A stretch of DNA of 64,000 bases from an uncultured delta proteobacterium (GTDB taxonomy: Bacteria > Desulfobacterota > Desulfuromonadia > Geobacterales > DSM-12255). Below the pieces are notes generated by a model. The model ran no database searches and had not been told where the DNA came from. It saw only the letters and a list, made by a program, of their open reading frames with translations. The stretch is from positions 279,337 to 343,336 of the forward strand of contig CAWBBV010000012.1 in the NCBI GenBank assembly GCA_963787125.1, in the 5' to 3' direction. Position numbers and translations under genes: made by a program. Positions 28,270 to 38,748 of the stretch are shown here, in pieces (within the stretch, counting starts at the first letter, position 1; every line of letters starts with the position of its first letter).

Positions 28270-30741
28270 CTACTTATTGCTCAGGCTCATGCCTTTCATA
28301 TCGTCCACATATGCCTTGACCACTGGCAATTCACGCTCGAGAGCACTGACAAGCTCTCGGACATGATCATGGTTGTCCAGGATCGCTTTGTCCTGAAGAC
28401 TTGAGCAAATTTCAGAAAGCTTTTGCAATCCCAGAGTTCTGCTCCCACCAAGTAAGTAATGGGCAGTCTGGTACAACTCCGATGAGTTATTATTCTTGAT
28501 TGCCGCATATAGTGCCGGAATATTTTTTTCTACATTTTCCAGATAAGGTTCAATGACAGCCGGCACAAAATCTTTACCGGTTTTTTCAAATATGCGGATC
28601 ATCTTCTGCAGACGCGAAGTATCAAATATGTTGCCAGCTTCGGGCGCATAAACTACTCGTTCATTCTGAGGCAAAGGTGTATTAAATTCATTGTTAAGAT
28701 TAAGTTTTGACCAGCGGGCAACTATTTCCTCAATTTTACTGGAACTTACAGGTTTACTCAGATAATCATCCATCCCAGCGGCAAGACAATGCTCCCTGAA
28801 CCCTTTGATGGCATTGGCAGTGAGAGCGACTATAATGGTATGAGACTTGATCCCCTCCATGCGTCTGATCTCGGTTGTTGCCTCAAACCCGTTCAAATCC
28901 GGCATATTGCAGTCCATAAAAACAATATCGTATTTAAAGCGACTGACCATAGCAACAGCTTCCCTGCCACATGACACCAGATCAACCTTACAACCGATTA
29001 ACTGGAGCATGGTAGCCGCAACAATCTGACTGGAAGGGTTATCTTCAGCTACCAGAACATGCATCTGATTGTAAAGATCCTTATACTGGAGCCCATCGTT
29101 AATATTTTTGTAGATTTCTTTATCAACAACAGCGACGGCGCTGACAGGCTGCTCTACCGGATATTGCTGGTAGCGAGGCAACGTCAGGCTGAACCAGAAA
29201 GTAGAACCCTTACCAATAATGCTTTCAACACCGATTGTCCCACCCATCAATTCCACTAGACTCTTGCTGATAGCCAGGCCAAGCCCGGTACCAGAAATAT
29301 GCCGTTGCAGAGGGGTGTCGACTTGATAAAATTTCTGAAACAGAAATGGAATAGCTTCTGCCGGAATTCCGGTCCCGGTATCGATGATATTTATTCGGAG
29401 AAAAGCTTTTACATTGCTGGCGCAGAGGCATTGAATGTCTACTAAAATACGGCCTTGATTGGTAAATTTGAATGCATTGCCAATAAGGTTAACCAATACC
29501 TGCCTGATACGCCCAGAATCCCCGACAAGATGAGTCGGTATGTCAGGAGAACAGTTGATAACCAGTTCCAACTGTTTTTCGACAGTTTTTACTGTAAAGA
29601 TTTCAACTACGTTTTCGCAGAGTGCGCGTAAATCAAAGGGTGCGGGCTTGATTTCAATTTTTCCTGACTCAACTTTAGAGAAATCAAGGATGTCATTGAT
29701 TATATCAAGGAGCGTATTCGCAGAGTTGAGTATGCCACAGGTAAAAAGATGTTGCTGCTCAGATAAAACTGTTTTTAAGAGCAGTTCTGACATGCCGAGA
29801 ATGCTGTTCATCGGAGTGCGGATTTCATGGCTCATCGTTGCAAGAAAGTCGCTTTTCGCCTGATTGGCAATTTCAGCAAGATTGTGGGCATCAATTAGTT
29901 CATGGGACTGATGAATTATCAGATCTTGCGAAGTTTTCAATTCGTTCATGTAACGTAGAACTTTTTCATCTGCAAGTTTACGCTCAGTAAAATCTCTGAC
30001 AATGACAATATTTTCATCTTCCCCGCTACGGACAGAACGCAGCTCCAGAAATCTCGGTTTACGTTGAACTAAAAAATTAAAGCAGAGCTGTAAATCGTCG
30101 CTGCGAAGTCCATCGCAAATCTGCTTAAAGTTATCGGCTTCTGCATCATGTGAAAAGACGTCAGTAATTTTTACTCCGATCAGATCATCGGCAAGAAAAG
30201 AAAAATCACCAGAGTCAGGTTTTTGGCAGTAAATAATTGTGCCATCATTACGGCAGGAGAGAATCAGATCTGGAATAGCTTTCAGCAGCGCCCGAGTTTT
30301 AAGTTCGTTCTGTCGCAGTTCATTCTCCATCTTTTCATGGATAAGCTCCTGCGAGCGCTTATAGATGGCCATATCTATACAATGCTTGAGATGGTTAAGA
30401 TTGATAGGCTTTTCAAGAAATGCATAGCTATTGGATACTTTACTACGATTAAATGTGCTGTCATCGCAATGAGCTGTGAGGAAAATTACCGGAATATCCT
30501 GAGTTTCACAAATCTGCCTCGCAGTTGCGACTCCATCTACTTCTCCCTTTAGCGAAACATCCATCAGAATCAGATCAGGGAGAATTGCTAATGCAGTACG
30601 AATGGCCTCATTCCCATTGTCAACGATTGCAGCTACATCGTAGCCGAGTCGAACAATTGACCTGCCGAGCATTTTAGAGGTCGCTAAATCATCCTCAACT
30701 ATCATAATCCTTGGTAGCTGCATAATTTTCATCTCTTCCAT
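28270..30741 (-). CDS. Hybrid sensor histidine kinase (REC-PAS-HisKA-HATPase-REC-Hpt)
   Basis: [45 protein letters not shown]. Confidence 0.9.
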   Translation of the reverse strand: MEEMKIMQLPRIMIVEDDLATSKMLGRSIVRLGYDVAAIVDNGNEAIRTALAILPDLILMDVSLKGEVDGVATARQICETQDIPVIFLTAHCDDSTFNRSKVSNSYAFLEKPINLNHLKHCIDMAIYKRSQELIHEKMENELRQNELKTRALLKAIPDLILSCRNDGTIIYCQKPDSGDFSFLADDLIGVKITDVFSHDAEADNFKQICDGLRSDDLQLCFNFLVQRKPRFLELRSVRSGEDENIVIVRDFTERKLADEKVLRYMNELKTSQDLIIHQSHELIDAHNLAEIANQAKSDFLATMSHEIRTPMNSILGMSELLLKTVLSEQQHLFTCGILNSANTLLDIINDILDFSKVESGKIEIKPAPFDLRALCENVVEIFTVKTVEKQLELVINCSPDIPTHLVGDSGRIRQVLVNLIGNAFKFTNQGRILVDIQCLCASNVKAFLRINIIDTGTGIPAEAIPFLFQKFYQVDTPLQRHISGTGLGLAISKSLVELMGGTIGVESIIGKGSTFWFSLTLPRYQQYPVEQPVSAVAVVDKEIYKNINDGLQYKDLYNQMHVLVAEDNPSSQIVAATMLQLIGCKVDLVSCGREAVAMVSRFKYDIVFMDCNMPDLNGFEATTEIRRMEGIKSHTIIVALTANAIKGFREHCLAAGMDDYLSKPVSSSKIEEIVARWSKLNLNNEFNTPLPQNERVVYAPEAGNIFDTSRLQKMIRIFEKTGKDFVPAVIEPYLENVEKNIPALYAAIKNNNSSELYQTAHYLLGGSRTLGLQKLSEICSSLQDKAILDNHDHVRELVSALERELPVVKAYVDDMKGMSLSNK

Positions 30742-30832
30742 ATGGTTAGCGTTAATTAATTAGTTGTTGATTATATGTGCAATTAACTGTTCTGTAAATG
30801 ATATTAGTCATATTTGCAAATAGTTTAGATAT

Positions 30833-31039
30833 TCAGCTTGAATAATAACGTTTGAAGTTCCGACATTCCTGCCCTGTTGTTGAACAGTTCCATATCTGCT
30901 GATCCGAGCAAAATAAACAAGGGGGTTCAGGATCACCAGTCGAACTGCTGATCTTATGCTGTAAGCCACGGTACTCTTCTGCGAATAAATGCTCGGCCCT
31001 TATCAGATTCTCTGAAATGTTTTGCACGACTGACTCCAT
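30833..31039 (-). CDS. Small hypothetical Cys-rich protein
   Basis: 68 aa ORF from ATG 31039 with C-x2-C-x7-C-x6-C; co-directional between the SIS gene and the kinase. Confidence 0.35.
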   Translation of the reverse strand: MESVVQNISENLIRAEHLFAEEYRGLQHKISSSTGDPEPPCLFCSDQQIWNCSTTGQECRNFKRYYSS

Positions 31040-32271
31040 TCTTTTCTGGTTTGGTTTACACAACCATGCGTATTTCTCAGCAAAGGCATCTGCTTATCTA
31101 CACTTTTACCTTTTAATATCGCAATCTTATACGCCATTAACTGTAGCGTAACTACACTCAGAATCGAAGACAAAGAATTTCCAGACCAGGGGATATGAAT
31201 TGTAAACTCGGCACGCCGGCCACTCTCCTGGTCACCCTCTGAACAGAATACAATCACCTTGTAACCGCTGTTAACCAGGGCATTTATGCAGGACCTTACT
31301 TTTGGCAGATGCATGTTGTTTGGAGCCAGGACAAAAACCGGCACCTCTCTGACAATCGGCTGATGTGCACAATAATTCAGTTCGCCCACGACAAATCCTT
31401 CTGTATGGATATGTGACATTTCCTTTAGATTCAATGCGCCTTCAAGCGCCATAGAGTGATTGATTCCGCTTCCAAGGCAAATGGCATAAGGTGAGGTTAA
31501 GTAATCACAAGCGACCTCTTCCAGGAGTGGATCAAGCGCCAGTGTCCTGTCTATCAAGGCCGGGAGATTTGCTACTCCCGCAACCATATCCCGGCCATTA
31601 TCAAGGTTTATGCTACCGTTGGCACGTCCAAGTCTGATAGCTAACAGATAAAGTATTACAAATTGGGCAGTAAATGATTTTGTTGGTACGATCCCATTTT
31701 CGAGGCCGGTATATGTACAAATCACCCCATCTGCTTCAGATGTAAGAGCTGAGTCAGTATCATTGCAAATTAAAACAATATAGGCGCCCTTTAGTCTGGC
31801 ATCGCGGAGCTCTGGTACAATATCGGCTGAACAAAAAGTCGGAGAAAAGGCGATCACCAGCGCTTTTTCTGAAACTGATGGATTCGGACTATTTACTTTG
31901 GAAACCAAATCAATAGTCACAGGCAATTGACAAAGTTCTTCGAGTAGGAATTTGCCGGCCAGCGCAGCATATCTGTAGTGATCGTTGGTAACAATACTGA
32001 TCCGCTCAAAAGATTTCAGCACGCTATCCTTCAAGTTAAACCCTTCGAGAAAAACATCCCCATCATCCACTAACAAGCGATCTGCTATTGCCTTTTTAAC
32101 AGCCTCAGGTTGCTCATAAATTTCTTTCAGCATGAAGTTCGGGTAACTGTGAGTTTTTGATTTTTGTTGAGGCAAGTTTCTATTTTTACACTGGGACTTT
32201 GACCAATCTGCGCCAAAAAAACCTGTATGTGCACTGTATTCCGTATAAGTTGTCGTCTCGACATATGCCAT
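31003..32271 (-). CDS. GlmS-like tandem SIS-domain protein lacking the glutaminase domain (degenerate active site)
   Basis: FMLKEIYEQP, TKSFTAQ, ALEGALNLKE match the GlmS isomerase half; no N-terminal Cys-Gly-Ile glutaminase. Confidence 0.75.
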   Translation of the reverse strand: MAYVETTTYTEYSAHTGFFGADWSKSQCKNRNLPQQKSKTHSYPNFMLKEIYEQPEAVKKAIADRLLVDDGDVFLEGFNLKDSVLKSFERISIVTNDHYRYAALAGKFLLEELCQLPVTIDLVSKVNSPNPSVSEKALVIAFSPTFCSADIVPELRDARLKGAYIVLICNDTDSALTSEADGVICTYTGLENGIVPTKSFTAQFVILYLLAIRLGRANGSINLDNGRDMVAGVANLPALIDRTLALDPLLEEVACDYLTSPYAICLGSGINHSMALEGALNLKEMSHIHTEGFVVGELNYCAHQPIVREVPVFVLAPNNMHLPKVRSCINALVNSGYKVIVFCSEGDQESGRRAEFTIHIPWSGNSLSSILSVVTLQLMAYKIAILKGKSVDKQMPLLRNTHGCVNQTRKEWSQSCKTFQRI

Positions 32272-32353
32272 GGAATCAGATCCCTCCTATCTTCTTATCG
32301 CGAAATAAATTCATAATTCCAGCGAATACACACCTGACTGCAATAAATGCATC

Positions 32354-32369
32354 TACACATAATGTGCCA
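32354..32369 (-). promoter_or_regulatory. Possible sigma-54 promoter upstream of the SIS gene
   Basis: TGGCACATTATGTGTA; -12 imperfect. Confidence 0.35.
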
Positions 32370-32578
32370 GTAGCAGTTATCAGAATAACTGTTGCAATAT
32401 CGGGATGTTGGAGTGTCAAAGTTGAAATGGGCAGCGATAGCTGAGAGAACAAATTTATCGGGGTGTTACAGTAAACGCTGAAGGCAGCGGTAACGGCATT
32501 GATTTCGCAAATAGTTACATATTTTACTACTGTTAACTTTGTAGCGGTGATATGAGCGGTATTATTTGTAATCGATAT

Positions 32579-33997
32579 TTATTCAGAACTTGCCAAACGT
32601 TTACTGAGTGTCTGCCGTGCTATACCAAGGAGCATTGCAGCGGATCTCTGATTACCACTGGAAAGATTCAATGCCGAAGCCGTCAAATAATCCTCCATTT
32701 CCTTTAAAGTCGGGAATCGACCGAAATAAGAGTAAAGGATGTCATCTACCTCTCTGCTCGGTGCCAATAAGGCTTTACTGGCATGATTACAATCATTACC
32801 GGCCAAACCGACAAAGCTCTCGATATTCAGTAGACCGGAGGTATGTCTGGCAACAGCATCAAAAACCATGGCATGCAGTTCACGGACGTTCCCTTCAAAA
32901 TGATAGGTAGACAGTAGAGCTGTAATCTCACGTGACGGAGTAGGCTTGGATCTATTCAGAGAATTCGCCGCTTTTTCGAGAAAATGATCCAACAGGAAAG
33001 GAATGTCCTCCCGACGTTCTCGCAAAGGCGGAATTTGAATCTGGTGGGCACAAAGCCTGTAAAAGAGATCCTTGCGAAATTTATTGGCAGCAATAAGGGC
33101 AGGAAGATCCCGATTAGTGGCAACAATAAGACGGGCGTCGGTTTTCTTTATCACATCCGAACCAACCGGGTAGAATTCCTGTTCCTGAATAAGGCGTAAG
33201 AGTTTAATCTGTGAAGTTTCGTTTAAATCGCCAATCTCGTCGAGAAACAGTGTTCCTCCTGCTGCTGTGCTGATTAGACCATCACGCGATTGATCTGCCC
33301 CGGTAAATGCACCTTTTTTATGGCCAAAAAGTGTGTCTGAAAACATGTTATCATCAAGTCCTGCCGCATTTACCGTGACAAAAGCCCCTTTCCTGCCACT
33401 CAACGTTCCTATTGCTTTGGCGATCAACTCCTTGCCTACACCGGTCTCACCAGTTACCAATATCGGTTGATCTGATTTGGCAATAACCTCGATATATTGA
33501 AATATTGCTCTCATTTTTTTACTGGTCGTTAAAATTGCATTGAATGCAGTCGGGTGCTTAAGTCTGTCTGTGAGCAGATACTCCCGCAATGAAAGATTTT
33601 CCCTGGATAATTCATTAACGTGAAGGGCATTTTCTACGCTTAGAAGCAGCCTCTCAACCTCTACCGGCTTTGTCAGAAAATCAACTGCTCCGGTTTTGAT
33701 ACAATTAACCGCGGTCTCAATGTCATCGGATGAAGTCATGACGATTACCGGTATATGGGGATAATCACGAATCAAAACCGGCAGAAGATCAAGCCCGGAG
33801 ACATGCGGCATCATCAGATCAAGAATGATGATAGATACCGGATTGTCTTCAAGGAACTGAACGGTTTTTCTACTGTCACAAAGCGTCAATACATTGTTGA
33901 CACCTTCACTCTCCAGGGCGGTGACCTGAATTTCAAGTAAAACTGCATCATCGTCTATCAATAATATCGGTAATTGAGAGTTTATTTTTGCATGCAT
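32579..33997 (-). CDS. NtrC-family sigma-54-dependent response regulator
   Basis: Receiver ILDLMMP; GETGVGKE, GAFTGA, LFLDEIG, GNVREL; C-terminal Fis HTH. Confidence 0.92.
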   Translation of the reverse strand: MHAKINSQLPILLIDDDAVLLEIQVTALESEGVNNVLTLCDSRKTVQFLEDNPVSIIILDLMMPHVSGLDLLPVLIRDYPHIPVIVMTSSDDIETAVNCIKTGAVDFLTKPVEVERLLLSVENALHVNELSRENLSLREYLLTDRLKHPTAFNAILTTSKKMRAIFQYIEVIAKSDQPILVTGETGVGKELIAKAIGTLSGRKGAFVTVNAAGLDDNMFSDTLFGHKKGAFTGADQSRDGLISTAAGGTLFLDEIGDLNETSQIKLLRLIQEQEFYPVGSDVIKKTDARLIVATNRDLPALIAANKFRKDLFYRLCAHQIQIPPLRERREDIPFLLDHFLEKAANSLNRSKPTPSREITALLSTYHFEGNVRELHAMVFDAVARHTSGLLNIESFVGLAGNDCNHASKALLAPSREVDDILYSYFGRFPTLKEMEDYLTASALNLSSGNQRSAAMLLGIARQTLSKRLASSE

Positions 33998-34019
33998 GAG
34001 AATCTCCTCTTTTGAGCCA

Positions 34020-35444
34020 TCAGGAAACTGCCGGGATTGATTTCAACCGCTTACTGATAGTTTGGCGAGTTACTCCAAGAATTGAAGCGGCAACAGCATA
34101 ATTACCGTCAGAAAGCTTCAATGCCTCCACTATCAGATAATCCTCAATCTCGCGGAATGTTGGCAGTCTGCCATATAGACTGTAGATGCCAATAGCACCT
34201 GCGGAACTTTTTGATGCCTGACTTGAGGAAGACTGCTGCGTAGCAGCTACTAAAACACCCGGGAAATCATCAATAGAAAGTATATCGTCATTATGTCGGG
34301 CAACGGCATCACTGATCCTGGCCTGAAGTTCTCTCACATTTCCAGGAAAATCATATGCTGTGAGTGCCTGCATAAGTTCCGGCGATACAACAGGGACGAT
34401 CATTCCAAAACGGTCAGCTGCTTCTTTCACAAAGGTTTCAACCAAAAGCGGAATATCTTCGCAGCGTTCGCGGAGGCTGGGAATTTGAATCTGATGGGTG
34501 CAGAGCCGATAAAAAAGATCACGACGAAAACGTCCTTCTTTAATACGCTGGGGCAGATTTACATTTGTTGCCAGAATTATTCTGGCGTAACTTGCTTTTA
34601 CCTGATCAGAACCTACCGGGTAAAACTCCCTTTCCTGCAGCAGACGGAGCAGTTTGACCTGAGACAATTCATTCAAGTCACCAATCTCGTCAAGAAAAAG
34701 TGTCCCCATTGCAGCCTTGCTTACAAGCCCATCCCGGTACTGATCCGCACCGGTAAAGGCACCTTTCTTATGGCCGAATAAAGTATCGGAAAACATGGCA
34801 TCATCAAGCCCGGCAACGTTTATGGTAACAAACTGGCCCCTGACACCGCTTATCCTGTGTATAGCCTTGGCAAACAGCTCTTTGCCGACCCCGGTCTCGC
34901 CGGTAATCAACACTGCTTGAGGCGAACAGGCAACTACTTCGGTGTATTGAAAGATTGACCGCATTTTCCTGCTTGACGTTTTTATCTCGGTAAAGGCCTC
35001 TGCATGCTCTAGGCGATCATTAAGCAAATATTCCTTCAATGATGAGAGTTCTAATTGCGAGGATTCAATATTCAGAGCATTTTCGATCGCTCTGAGGAGA
35101 TGTGCCGGCTCAAAAGGTCTTATCATGTAGTCGACAGCTCCTGCTTTCATGCAGTTTACCGCCATTTCCGCATCGCTGGATTCCGTCTGAACAATAACCT
35201 GCAAATTCGGATATTCCGTATTTATTCGTGTGAGTAATCCGGCTTTATTTAACTCTGGAGTCATATCGAGAAGTATCAGGGAAATATTATTCTCTTCCAG
35301 AAAAGGCAGGGTGGCTCGACTATCTTCAAGAGCTACAACGGTGGTTATACGAGCATTTTGTAGCAGCATCCGTGTATTGGCTAATGCTTTGGAATCGTCA
35401 CAGACAATCAAAATATTACGTGTACTTTCGGTTGTTTTTGACAT
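34020..35444 (-). CDS. NtrC-family sigma-54-dependent response regulator (paralog)
   Basis: Receiver; GETGVGKE, GAFTGA, FPGNVREL; HTH. Confidence 0.92.
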   Translation of the reverse strand: MSKTTESTRNILIVCDDSKALANTRMLLQNARITTVVALEDSRATLPFLEENNISLILLDMTPELNKAGLLTRINTEYPNLQVIVQTESSDAEMAVNCMKAGAVDYMIRPFEPAHLLRAIENALNIESSQLELSSLKEYLLNDRLEHAEAFTEIKTSSRKMRSIFQYTEVVACSPQAVLITGETGVGKELFAKAIHRISGVRGQFVTINVAGLDDAMFSDTLFGHKKGAFTGADQYRDGLVSKAAMGTLFLDEIGDLNELSQVKLLRLLQEREFYPVGSDQVKASYARIILATNVNLPQRIKEGRFRRDLFYRLCTHQIQIPSLRERCEDIPLLVETFVKEAADRFGMIVPVVSPELMQALTAYDFPGNVRELQARISDAVARHNDDILSIDDFPGVLVAATQQSSSSQASKSSAGAIGIYSLYGRLPTFREIEDYLIVEALKLSDGNYAVAASILGVTRQTISKRLKSIPAVS

Positions 35445-35889
35445 CGTGGAGCCCTTATTCCCCTTCAGGATAATGATTTATAAATACCTCTCCAGTTAAA
35501 ATTGTCAACAATAAGTTTAAACTGTTTAATTATAGCAATCACACATTATCGACAGTTACAGGTTGTCAAGATGCTTAATCTGAGAAAAAGCACAAGCCCC
35601 TATAAGCAGGATAATTGTGATAACGCAGCCATTTAATGCCTTATTCGCCCAGGGAACAGCTTATATTTTACGAACATATTCATTCAGATTTTTGATTTCC
35701 TGAATACAAGGCTCCAATAATAACAACTGCAGATTTTATTAACATTCCTTATAAGCGGCATTTTCAGTGACAATCCATAGATTTATAGAAGTACACACAA
35801 AGTTCAAAGTAACAATCTTCACAGCTCAATAAAACGGTGCGTAGGCTTTAACTCGGCATTATCAGTAATGATTCTCGGTTCCGGTCAAC

Positions 35890-35905
35890 TGGCATGAATT
35901 ATGAT
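35890..35905 (+). promoter_or_regulatory. Probable sigma-54 promoter of the xrtA operon
   Basis: TGGCATGAATTATGAT ~40 bp before xrtA. Confidence 0.5.
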
Positions 35906-35941
35906 ATTAGCGTAAGTCAATATACTACTTTTTAACTGCGG

Positions 35942-36787
35942 GTGACTTGGATGACATTTTCAGAATCACTTCAAAGCTACCGTTATGAACTGTTTCTGGC
36001 AACCACACTTCTGTTTGTGCTCTATAGCTCCATCATCTCTGAAATGGTGTCCGACTGGTGGCACGACGACAACTATTCCCACGGCTTTCTTGTGCCGATT
36101 ATTGCCGGCTACTTTATTCGTGAGCGTTGGGATGATCTCAAAGCTACCGCAGTAACACCGTCAAATACAGGCCTTGTCGTGATTATTGCAGCCCTTTTGC
36201 AGCTGCTCATAGCAACTCTTGGCAATGAATATTTTACTGCCCGCTCCTCGCTGGTGGTTCTGCTTGCAGGGATGGTTCTCTACTTTTTCGGGGTTGAGGT
36301 TTTCAAACTGACCCGTATGCCGGTTCTCTATCTTCTGTTCATGGTGCCCCTCCCCTACATCGTCTACAACGCAGTTGCGTTACCGTTAAAGATGTTTGTC
36401 AGCGTGATTTCAGTTGGCTTCTTGAAATTGATCGGTCTATCCGTAGTCCGTGAAGGAACCATTATCATGTTTCCGAGCATCACACTTGAGGTCGCTGACG
36501 CCTGCAGCGGCATGAGGTCAATGCTTTCTATTCTTGCCATCAGCACGGCCTATGCGTTTTTTCTGCAAATTTCGCAAGTAAAGCGCTGGATCATAATAAC
36601 TTCCGCCATCATTATCGCCATAGCTACCAATGTCATGCGGATAGTTATTACCGGTATCCTCGCGGATCACAGTGGCGCTTCTGCAGCTCAAGGATTCTTT
36701 CATGAATTTGCAGGCATATCGGTTTTTGCCATTGCAATTCTGCTTTTGGGAGGATTAGGAATGCTGCTGCGCGAGAAAACATTATGA
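35942..36787 (+). CDS. xrtA: Exosortase A (EpsH)
   Basis: Multi-TM; NYSHG; catalytic Cys VADACSG, Arg TNVMRI, His FFHEF. Confidence 0.92.
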   Translation: MTWMTFSESLQSYRYELFLATTLLFVLYSSIISEMVSDWWHDDNYSHGFLVPIIAGYFIRERWDDLKATAVTPSNTGLVVIIAALLQLLIATLGNEYFTARSSLVVLLAGMVLYFFGVEVFKLTRMPVLYLLFMVPLPYIVYNAVALPLKMFVSVISVGFLKLIGLSVVREGTIIMFPSITLEVADACSGMRSMLSILAISTAYAFFLQISQVKRWIIITSAIIIAIATNVMRIVITGILADHSGASAAQGFFHEFAGISVFAIAILLLGGLGMLLREKTL

Positions 36788-37416
36788 CAAAAAGAATCAG
36801 ATTCGCCATTTTCTATCTATTGCTTTCACTGACATGGGTCTGCCTCTACCTGCCGTCCAGTGCTGCTGCTCCTGTTATCGCCCCACTTGCTGGATTTCCA
36901 ACTGTCTGCAAGGAGTGGCGCATGATTTCACAAGCACACTTCGATGCAGAGGTTCTTTCTGTGCTAAAGCCGACCGATTACCTTTCACGCGAATACGAGG
37001 GTGCAGGCGGCAAGCGCATTCAGCTTTATATCGGTTACCACGATGGCAGCAAGAAAAGCGGCCAAATACATTCTCCGAGGAACTGTCTCCCTGGCAGCGG
37101 TTGGCAACAACTATCCAGTGAACAGATTTATCTTGGAGAAGCGCCCCGCAGAATAAAGCTGGTAAAAGCTGTCTACCAGAAAGGTGATAACAGGGAGCTG
37201 TTCCTTTACTGGTTCCAGATGCGGGATAGATCCTTTGCAGATGAATATTCATTGAAACTAGCCGGGATCTCCAGTTCCATAAAACTTGGTAGAAATGATG
37301 CTTCCTTTATCCGCGTTTCTGTTCCGTTCGCTACAGATGAAAAAGAGGCGGCGGAAAAAGGGATCAGCTTTATTAATGACATTTATCCACATCTCAGGTC
37401 TTTTCTTCCGGCCTAG
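36784..37416 (+). CDS. epsI: Exosortase-associated EpsI protein
   Basis: LYIGY, IHSPRNCLPGSGW, LYWFQ. Confidence 0.88.
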   Translation: MTKRIRFAIFYLLLSLTWVCLYLPSSAAAPVIAPLAGFPTVCKEWRMISQAHFDAEVLSVLKPTDYLSREYEGAGGKRIQLYIGYHDGSKKSGQIHSPRNCLPGSGWQQLSSEQIYLGEAPRRIKLVKAVYQKGDNRELFLYWFQMRDRSFADEYSLKLAGISSSIKLGRNDASFIRVSVPFATDEKEAAEKGISFINDIYPHLRSFLPA

Positions 37417-37440
37417 ATTATCTGTCAAAGAGGTGTCAAT

Positions 37441-38727
37441 TTGAGCACTCATAGAAACGTTTCGGTTATAGGTCTTGGTTATGTGGGTCTACCTGTTGCG
37501 GTTGCCTTCGGCAATGAAGGAAAAACCATTGGCTATGACATTAATGCTACTCGTATCGCTGAACTTAAGCGTAATCACGACCGGACAGGTGAAATTGGAG
37601 AGGATGAACTTGTCGCCACCGACATACACTACACCACCAGCATTAAAGAATTGAAAAAGGCCGACTTTCACATCGTAGCTGTGCCGACACCGGTCAACGA
37701 CGCCAATCAGCCTGACCTTTCCCTCCTGTTACTGGCTTCAAAAGCGGCCGGCAGAGCTCTTAAAAAAGGGGATATCGTTGTTTACGAATCAACCGTATAT
37801 CCGGGTGCTACAGAAGAAGAGTGCCTTCCGGTTCTTGAAAGGGAGTCAGGACTTATCTGCGGCCGCGATTTCAAGATCGGTTACAGCCCGGAAAGGATCA
37901 ACCCGGGCGACAAGGAGCACAGTTTTACACGCATTAAAAAAGTCGTTTCCGGCCAGGACGAAGAGTCGCTGAATATAATCGCCAGAACCTACGAAAGAGT
38001 TGTTACCGCGGGTGTACACCGTGCGCCAAGCATTATGGTGGCTGAGGCTGCCAAAGTGATTGAAAACACACAGCGTGACCTGAATATCGCCTTAATGAAT
38101 GAGCTGGCGCTTATTTTCGACCGATTAGGCATCGACACTGGCGATGTCCTTGAAGCAGCCGGCTCAAAGTGGAATTTTCTGCCATTCAAGCCAGGTTTGG
38201 TTGGCGGTCATTGCATCGGGGTGGATCCATACTATCTTACTCACAAGGCAGAAAAAATCTCCTACATCCCTCAGGTTATTCTGGCTGGTAGAAGGATCAA
38301 CGACGGCATGGGAAAGTTTATTGCCCAGCGCACAATCAAGGAGATGATTCATGCCGGCCACTTCATCTCAGGAAGCACTGTCACCGTTCTGGGAATGACG
38401 TTCAAGGAGAACTGCCCGGATTTACGCAACTCCAAGGTTGTTGATATTATCCGCGAACTAGAGGAGTACGGCATAAATGTCCAGGTCCATGACCCTTTGG
38501 CTGACCCGAAAGAAGCAATGCGGGAATATGGCATTTCACTTCTCAAACTCGATGATTTGAAGCCGGCAGCTGCTTTGATCTCAGCAGTCGCCCATGATCT
38601 TTATCTGCGTTGGTCAATACCGGAGCTGCTGTTTCTGCTGGAGGATAACCCTGTGATGATTGACGTAAAGGGAATATTAGACCAAGTGGCTCTGCGCAGT
38701 GCCGGAGTTAGAGTATGGCGACTTTAA
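37441..38727 (+). CDS. UDP-N-acetylhexosamine dehydrogenase (WbpO/TviB-like)
   Basis: GLGYVGLP, ESTVYPG, SPERINPGD, GGHCIGVDP, FKENCPD. Confidence 0.9.
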   Translation: MSTHRNVSVIGLGYVGLPVAVAFGNEGKTIGYDINATRIAELKRNHDRTGEIGEDELVATDIHYTTSIKELKKADFHIVAVPTPVNDANQPDLSLLLLASKAAGRALKKGDIVVYESTVYPGATEEECLPVLERESGLICGRDFKIGYSPERINPGDKEHSFTRIKKVVSGQDEESLNIIARTYERVVTAGVHRAPSIMVAEAAKVIENTQRDLNIALMNELALIFDRLGIDTGDVLEAAGSKWNFLPFKPGLVGGHCIGVDPYYLTHKAEKISYIPQVILAGRRINDGMGKFIAQRTIKEMIHAGHFISGSTVTVLGMTFKENCPDLRNSKVVDIIRELEEYGINVQVHDPLADPKEAMREYGISLLKLDDLKPAAALISAVAHDLYLRWSIPELLFLLEDNPVMIDVKGILDQVALRSAGVRVWRL

Positions 38728-38748
38728 TAAATCTGAAAAAGGCTCAAT

